64,000 bases of DNA from Scenedesmus sp. PABB004. Taxonomy: Eukaryota. The position numbers were made by a program, and so were the translations under genes. Of this stretch, positions 57,913-64,000 are shown one piece after another. Location: assembly GCA_014905635.1 (NCBI GenBank), contig JABVCE010000022.1, positions 248,001 through 312,000 on the forward strand. The letters are read 5' to 3'. Numbering within the stretch: position 1 is the stretch's first letter; each line of letters begins with the position of its first letter. The notes under the pieces were generated by a model, which ran no database searches, had not been told where the DNA came from, and saw nothing but the letters and a program-made list of their open reading frames with translations.

Positions 57913-59853
57913 ATGCCGGGGGCGGCGGCGACCGGCGCGGCGCGGCCGCGGCGCTGCGCGGCGGGGCGAGCAGCGCCCGCGCCGCTGCTCGCCGCGGTCG
58001 CCGCCGCCGCGCTCGTCTGCGCGGCCGCCGCCGACGCCGTGGGCCAGGTGGACGACCGGCTGATCGGTGCGCCCCGGGCTGCGGGCGCCGCCGCCGGCGC
58101 GGGCTGCGGGCGCGACCCAGCCAGCGCCCGACCGCGCGCAGGGTGGCTGGGGGAGACGCACGTAAAGCGCGGCGGCGCCGCCGCCGCCGGCGCTGGCCGA
58201 AGCGACGCGCGCGGCCTGCGCGTGCTGTCGTGGGAGCCCCGCATCATGCACTACAGGAAATTCCTCACAGACGGTGCGGCGGGCCGGCCGCCCGGGCGGC
58301 GGGGCGGCGCCGCAACGCTGGCGCCGACCCCTGAGCCCTGCGCCCCGAGCCACCACGCCCTGCGCCCTGTGCCCTGCGCCCTGCGCGCTGCACCCCGAGC
58401 CACCCTGCCCCGAGCCGCCGCGCCGCGCCGCCCAGAGCCACCGCGCCGCGCCGCGCCGCGCAGAGGAGTGTGACTACATCATCGCCCAGGCGCGGCCGCG
58501 CCTGCGCCGCAGCGACGTCGCCGACAGCATGACGGGGCGGCAGAAGGCGCGGCGGCGCGGCGCAGACGCCTCGCCGCGCCGGCCGGGCGGCGCGCGCCGG
58601 GCCGCGTGTGCACGCGCGCGCGGGCTTCACAGCCCGCAGCGCCCATGGGCCGTGGGCGCGCCGCCGCGCGGCCGCCGCGCAGGTGAGCACCGTGCGGACG
58701 AGCAGCGGCATGTTCTTCGAGCGCGGCGGCGACCCGGTCGTGCGGCGCGTGGAGGAGCGCGTGGCGATGGTCACCATGCTCCCGGCGGGGCACGCCGAGG
58801 GCATGCAAGTCCTGCACTACGCCGTCGGGCAGACATACGGTGCGTGCGCCGCCGCGCGTGGCCGGGGCGGGGCTCGCGGGCGGGGCCCGCAGGCGCGGCG
58901 GGCATGCTGACGCCGGCGCCGGGCGCCGCCCGCCACCGCAGAGCCACACCACGACTACTTCAGGTGCGCGCGCGCCCGCCGCGGCCGCGCAGCGTCGGGG
59001 GGCCCGCGCGCCGCGACCGCGCGCCGCGCCCGCCGCGCCGCAGCTTCGAGGGCCGCGACGCCAATGGCGGCAACCGCCTCGCGACGGTTCTGATGTACTT
59101 GGCCGCGCCGACGTCGGGCGGCGAGACGGTGTTCCCGCGCGTGCCGCGCGCGCCGGAGCAGACGCTAGAGAACGGGTGGAGCAACTGCTCGCTGCAGGCG
59201 CGCCGCGTCGCGCGCCGCGCCGCGCGCCGCGGGCCGCCCCGCCGCCTTGCCGCCGCGGCGCGAGCGGGCCGCGCGTCACGCGCCGCGGGGCCGCGCGTCG
59301 CGCGCCGCGAGCCGCGCCGCGGGCCCGCCCAGGGCCTCGCCGTCCGGCCGGCCAAGGGCGACGCCACGATCTTCTGGAGCATCCGCCCCGACGGCACGTT
59401 CGACCCCGCCTCCCTGCACGGCAGCTGCGCCGTTATCGCCGGCGACAAGTGGAGCGCGACGAGTGCGCGCGCGCGCTGCCGGCGCCGCCGCGCACGCTGC
59501 CGGCGCCGCCGCGCACGCCCACCGTGCACGCCCGCGCCCGCCGCCGAGCGCCGCGCCCGCCGCGCGGCTGGCGCGCAGAGTGGATCCACGTCGCGCACTT
59601 TGCCACCGCGGGCGAGGCGCCGAAGGAGGTCAAGCGCGTGATCTACGCGCCGCCGCCGCCGCCGCTGCCGGCGTGGTGCCGCGACGACAACGTGGGCTGC
59701 GCGATGTGGGCCGAGAGCGGCGAGTGCGAGCACAACCCGGGGTACATGGTCGGCACGCCGGCCGCGCCGGGCGCGTGCCTCGCCTCCTGCGCGCGCTGCG
59801 ACCTCGTGCCGCCGGCCAAGCGCGGCGGGGGCCGCCCGCCGGCGGCGGCGTGA
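57913..59853 (+). CDS. Prolyl 4-hydroxylase (2OG-Fe(II)) with a C-terminal ShKT domain, 8 exons
   Basis: VLSWEPRI...FLT, RTSSGMF, E.MQVLHY..GQ.Y..HHDYF, GGNRLATVLMYL...GGETVFP, SLHGSC.VI.GDKWSAT.WIH; ShKT CRDDNVGCAMWAESGECEHNPGYM...CLASC. Confidence 0.93.
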
Positions 59854-59905
59854 CGGCCTCGCGTGTTATTCGTGGTGTGCCCCGCGCCCGTCACAGCCTC
59901 GCGTG

Positions 59906-61050
59906 TCATGGGCCCGCGCCAGCACCCGCACCCCCGCCTCCAGCCCGCCCCGTGCTGTGCCCGCGCGCCGCCGACGCCGCGCGCACCGCAGCAGCGCCGC
60001 CGCCGCTCGCGCCGCCGCCATGGCCAGCCGGGCGCCCCCCACGCAGGCTCCCAGGGGCCCGCCGCGCCCCGAGCTCGGCCTCGAGACCCTGGCAGGGCGC
60101 CAGGGCGCGGGCAGGCACGCCACGCCGTCGCCGCAGCAGCAGGTCCTGCAGCTCGCCCACGTGCTCCGTGAGCGCGGCCAGGCGCGGCGGCGCGCCCGGC
60201 GAGCCCCCGAGCGCGAGGCCGTCGTCGGGCGGCGCCGTCGCGCCGCTCGCGGACGAGGCGCCCGCGCCGAGCTTGGCCTGCAGCGCCGGGTGCGGGGCGC
60301 ACGCGGGCATCGCGGCGGCGCAGCCGCCCGGCGCCGCCGGCAGGCCGCCGCCCATGATGGCCTGCATCTCGGCGTCGCTGATGTGCAGGTCCGGCAGGGC
60401 GGCGTCGCCGGTGCCGAGGCCGGCCAGGAGCTGGTCCAGCGCGGCGTCCAGGTCGTCGCGCGGATGCTGGCCAGGATGCTGGCCGGCGCGGAGCCGTGCA
60501 CCCCCCGCCCCCGGCCCAGCGTCAGCCGCCAGCGTGCGCGCCAGCGCCAGCCCCGGCAGGCGGCGCCGCGCGCGCGGCCGCGGCCGCGGCCGCCGCAGCC
60601 GCCACGTCCAGCCCCACGCCCGTCACCGGCCCGGGCGACAGCGGCGGCGGCGGCTCCGCCGGCTGTGCGGCCGCCCCGCGCGCGCCTGCGCGGCAGGCGC
60701 CGCCCGGCGCCGCCGCGCCGGGCAGCTGCTGCTGGTGGGGGCCGCCGTCGCTGGGGCTGCTGATGGTGCCTGTGCCGGCGCGCGGGGCGGACGGCGGGCC
60801 AGCAGCGGGTCGGGTCAGCCGCGGGCCGGGCGGGCGGCCGCCGCCCGCGCCCGCGCCGCCGCCCACCTGCTGCGCCCGCGGCCGGCTGCGGCGGGAGGAG
60901 GCTGAGCTCGACGGCCCTGCACGTGAGCGCCTCCTCGTCAGCCGCGAGCGCCGCCGCCTTGAGCTGCAGCTCCGCGGCGCGCCGCGCCGCCGCCGCCTGC
61001 GCCGCGTCCGGCGGCAGGCCGCCAGCTCCCACCAGCGTGCCGGGGAGCAT
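59906..61050 (-). CDS. Putative young chimeric gene (3 exons); exon 3 contains a copy of the SBP gene's C-terminal region
   Basis: ATG 61050; two GT-AG introns with CTGAC branch-like motifs join MLPGTLVG...AAG|TISSPSD...VGLD|HPGQHPRDDLDAALDQLL... in one frame to TGA at 59906. Expression is unknown. Confidence 0.5.
60137..60463 (-). repeat. Inverted 327-bp duplicate of 63468-63794
   Basis: Reverse-complement match with 4 mismatches by manual comparison. Confidence 0.92.
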
Positions 61051-62011
61051 GGTACCGTGGCGCTGCCGCGTGAGGCGCGGCGCAGGCAGTCGGCGTGACA
61101 CGGCGGGCCCGACCGGCGGCGGGGCGCCAGCAGCGGCAGTCGCTGCGCACGGCGGGCCGGCGGCGCAGCGGGGCCTGCACGGCTGGCGGAGGACGGTGGG
61201 GAGCCCGGCCCGGCCGCTGGGCGCCGGCTGGGGTGGCTGTGGGGGGTTCCTTGTGTGCGGGCTGTCGCCCGGCCGTTTGCGCTGCTGCCATAACGGCGAC
61301 GGCCGCAGATGAGGCGGCACCACCGGGCGCAAGCGCGCGCGAGTGTGTGGGTTCCGGCACCACCGTGCAGCCGCGCTGGGTCCCACCGAGCGGCAGGCAC
61401 CCACTGTCACCGTCACCGCCGCCGTCGCCGCCGCTGCTGTACACCGCGGCCAACGCCGGCGCCGGCCCGGACCGCGGCCACTCGTCACAATCCGCACGGT
61501 GGCGCCGGCGTACAGCCCCCACGTGCGAGGACTGGAGGAGTGGTTCTTGCGCCGAACCCGGCGACCGCAGGGCCGCTGGCCGGCGCGGCCGCTCACACGC
61601 AGCAGCGCCGTTGCTCAAACGACCGATCGGTGGGAACCCGGGGCTGCCCAGGGCGCGCGGGCCGCGGCTTCAGCGCGAGGAGGGCACCTCGCCGCGCCAG
61701 GGCGCCCGCAGCGGCCGCGTGCCGGCTGGTGCCGGCGACAGCGCGTCCGCGCGGCTCGGGAGCGCGGCGGCGGGCGAGGTGCGCGGCCGTGCGCGCTGCA
61801 GCGCGCTCCCCTCGGCTCGCGCCAGGCGTGCTCGTGCGTCGCCGCTGAGCGCTGAGCGCTTGCGGCCGGCCGCTCCGACCTCCCGGCGCGGCCGCGCCGC
61901 ACGAGCGGCGCCGAGAGCGCGCTCCCGGGCGGCCGCAAACTCGCCACTCCTCCGCCCCCGCCCCGCCTCCTCGCGCGCGCAGGGACCGCGCCGGGCGCTG
62001 TCTGTCCGCCC

Positions 62012-64000
62012 ATGGCTATGATGGACGACGAGGCGCTGCTGGAGCGCCTCTCCGGTGAGCAGCGGCGCCGCGGGGGCTCGTGAGTCGGGGGCTTCTCGGG
62101 TCCGGGCAGTCTGGCGCGGCATGGGCCGGCGGGTGCTGCGGGCCCGGGGGGATCGGTGGAGCCGCGGCGCTGGCGCTGAGCGCCCGCGGCCGTCCCCGCT
62201 CGCAGGCAGCGACAGCGATGGCGCGCCCCTCGAGCCGGACCAGCAGGCCGGCGGGGAGGGCACTGCCGGGTCCAAGAAGCGGGTGGAGTGCCAGGTGCGT
62301 CCGAGGGAGCGCGGGCGGGGCCGCTGCCCGGGCGGCGACGGCCGTCACCGGCGCCGCCGGCCGCTGCCCGCGACCGCTGCTCGACGCCCCGTCCGCCGCC
62401 GTGCAGGTGGTCGGCTGCACCGTCAACGTCGCTGCCGAGGGCAAGGCGTACTGCCTGAAGAAGCGGCTCTGCCCCGAGCACATGCGGGTGCGGCGATGCG
62501 CGCGCGCGCGCAGGCTGCCGGCGGCGGGCGCGCCGCTCGGGCTTTTTGCTGCTTGGGCTGCGTGCCAGCGGCACGCCGCGCGGGCCGGCGCCGCGGCGGC
62601 GGCCCAAACAGGCGTGCGCGCTGTTGCTCACGGGCAGCGCCACCCGCCCCGGGCGTGCGCGCGCGCGCGCGCGCAGGCCGAGGCCATCGTGCGCAAGGGC
62701 TACGGCGATGAGCAGTGGCGGTTCTGCTTCCAGTGTGGCAAGCTCGAGCCCGTGAGCAGCTTTGACGGCACCAAGCGGTGAGCCGCGCGCGCCGGCGCGG
62801 CGTGCCACCTGGCACGCGCCTGCCACGCGCCGCGCCCCGCGTGCGCGGCGCCGCTGAGCGCCCGCCGCCGCCGGCGCGCAGGAGCTGCCGCGTGCGGCTG
62901 CAGAAGCGCCGCCAGCCGCCCAAGCGCGCCGCGACGTGGGGCGGCGGCGCGTTTGCCAAGCGCCACTCGGGCGCCGCGGGCGGCTGGGCCGACGAGGCGG
63001 AGCTGGCGGCGATGATGATGGGCGGCTGGGGCCCCGACCACCCCGACGCGCAGCAGCTGCTGGCGCTGCAGGCGATGGAGCAGCAGCTGCTCCTGCAGGA
63101 GTACGCCGCCAGCGCCGGCTGGGCGACGGCCGGGGAGGCGGCGGCGGCGCTGCCGATGCTCGGCGCCGTGCAGCGCCGCGTGCGGGCCGCGCCCGGCCGC
63201 AGCACCACCATGGCCTGCCTCTCCAGCGCCAACGGCCTGGCCGGCGCCGCGCTGCCGCGCTGGCCGGGCGGCGGCGCGGCCGGGCTGCCGCAGGCGCTCG
63301 TGGCGGTGCCCTGCCACAGCGCGCCCATCCCGTCGTTCGGCCCCGCCGGCGGCGCGCACGCGCCGCGCGACGTGTGGATGTCGGCGGGCGGCAGCCCCGC
63401 CCTGAGCGGCGCGCCCAGCGGCGCGAGCCTGGGCGGCGGCGGCGGGTCGGGCGGCGCGCTGTGCGCCCCGCGCGACGACCTGGACGCCGCGCTGGACCAG
63501 CTCCTGGCCGGCCTCGGCACCGGCGACGCCGCCCTGCTGGACCTGCACATCAGCGACGCCGAGATGCAGGCCATCATGGGCGGCGGCCTGCCGGCGGCGC
63601 CGGGCGGCTGCGCCGCCGCGATGCCCGCGTGCGCCCCGCACCCGGCGCTGCAGGCCAAGCTCAGCGCGGGCGCCTCGTCCGCGAGCGGCGCGACGGCGCT
63701 GCCCGACGACGGCCTCGCGCTCGGGGGCTCGCCGGGCGCGCCGCCGCGCCTGGCCGCGCTCACTGAGCACGTGGGCGAGCTGCAGGACCTGCTGGAGCGC
63801 ACGCGCAGCCTGTTTGCCAACATGCACACGTACGAGCCGGAGACGGCGGCGGGGCTGGTGCAGCAGCTCAAGGGCGCAATCCAGGCCAAGCGCGCGGCCG
63901 CGGCGGCGGCGGTGTCAGCGCCCGCGCCGGCGCCCGCGCCGGCGCCCCCGCAGCAGCTGCAGTTCCAGCAGCAGCAGCAGCAGCCGCCGCCGCAGCAGCT
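62012..64000 (+). CDS. SBP (SQUAMOSA promoter-binding) domain transcription factor, 3'-truncated by the window edge
   Basis: Spliced domain CQ|VVGC.......KAYC.KKRLCPEH.R|...RFCFQCGKLE....FDGTKR|SCRVRLQKRR. Confidence 0.88.
63468..63794 (+). repeat. Source arm of the 327-bp inverted duplication, within the SBP coding exon
   Basis: Reverse complement of 60137-60463. Confidence 0.92.

Noticed and set aside
17682..59853. GT77 arabinosyltransferase plus prolyl 4-hydroxylase as a cell-wall glycoprotein gene cluster
   Set aside because: They are about 38 kb apart with many unrelated genes between, and both belong to large families in chlorophytes.

Overview
Eukaryotic nuclear DNA, extremely GC-rich and gene-dense, with short introns and TGTAA poly(A) signals; it is most consistent with a chlorophyte green alga (inference). 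The six-frame ORF track mostly shows shadow ORFs or exon/intron read-throughs, so I built the gene models by hand-splicing exons. About 25 protein-coding genes are supported, mostly housekeeping: plastid envelope protein, ILR1-like amidohydrolase, CCA-adding enzyme, UBP6/USP14, a TKL-type kinase, XEG113-like GT77, inositol monophosphatase, CPL1-like CTD phosphatase, SNF7, CNX1G/MogA, an alpha/beta hydrolase, bZIP, CWC25, a SPOC-like protein, HAUS4/AUG4, a lipocalin, OS-9, a tandem CCCH protein, GRXS16, a P4H-ShKT protein and an SBP transcription factor. I found no RNA genes, CRISPR arrays or transposases. Highlights: (1) a STIM-like EF-hand/SAM membrane protein with FN3 and FYVE-like domains, a candidate luminal Ca2+ sensor; (2) about 17 of roughly 100 inferred introns use non-canonical GC donors, including 5 of 7 in HAUS4; (3) the UBP6 gene lies antisense inside an intron of the CCA-enzyme gene; (4) a young chimeric gene that has captured 327 bp of the adjacent SBP gene in frame; (5) a kinase whose catalytic domain is split by an insert of about 1,300 aa. 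Several single-base frameshifts at G/C runs look like assembly errors. All splice models are unverified without RNA-seq.
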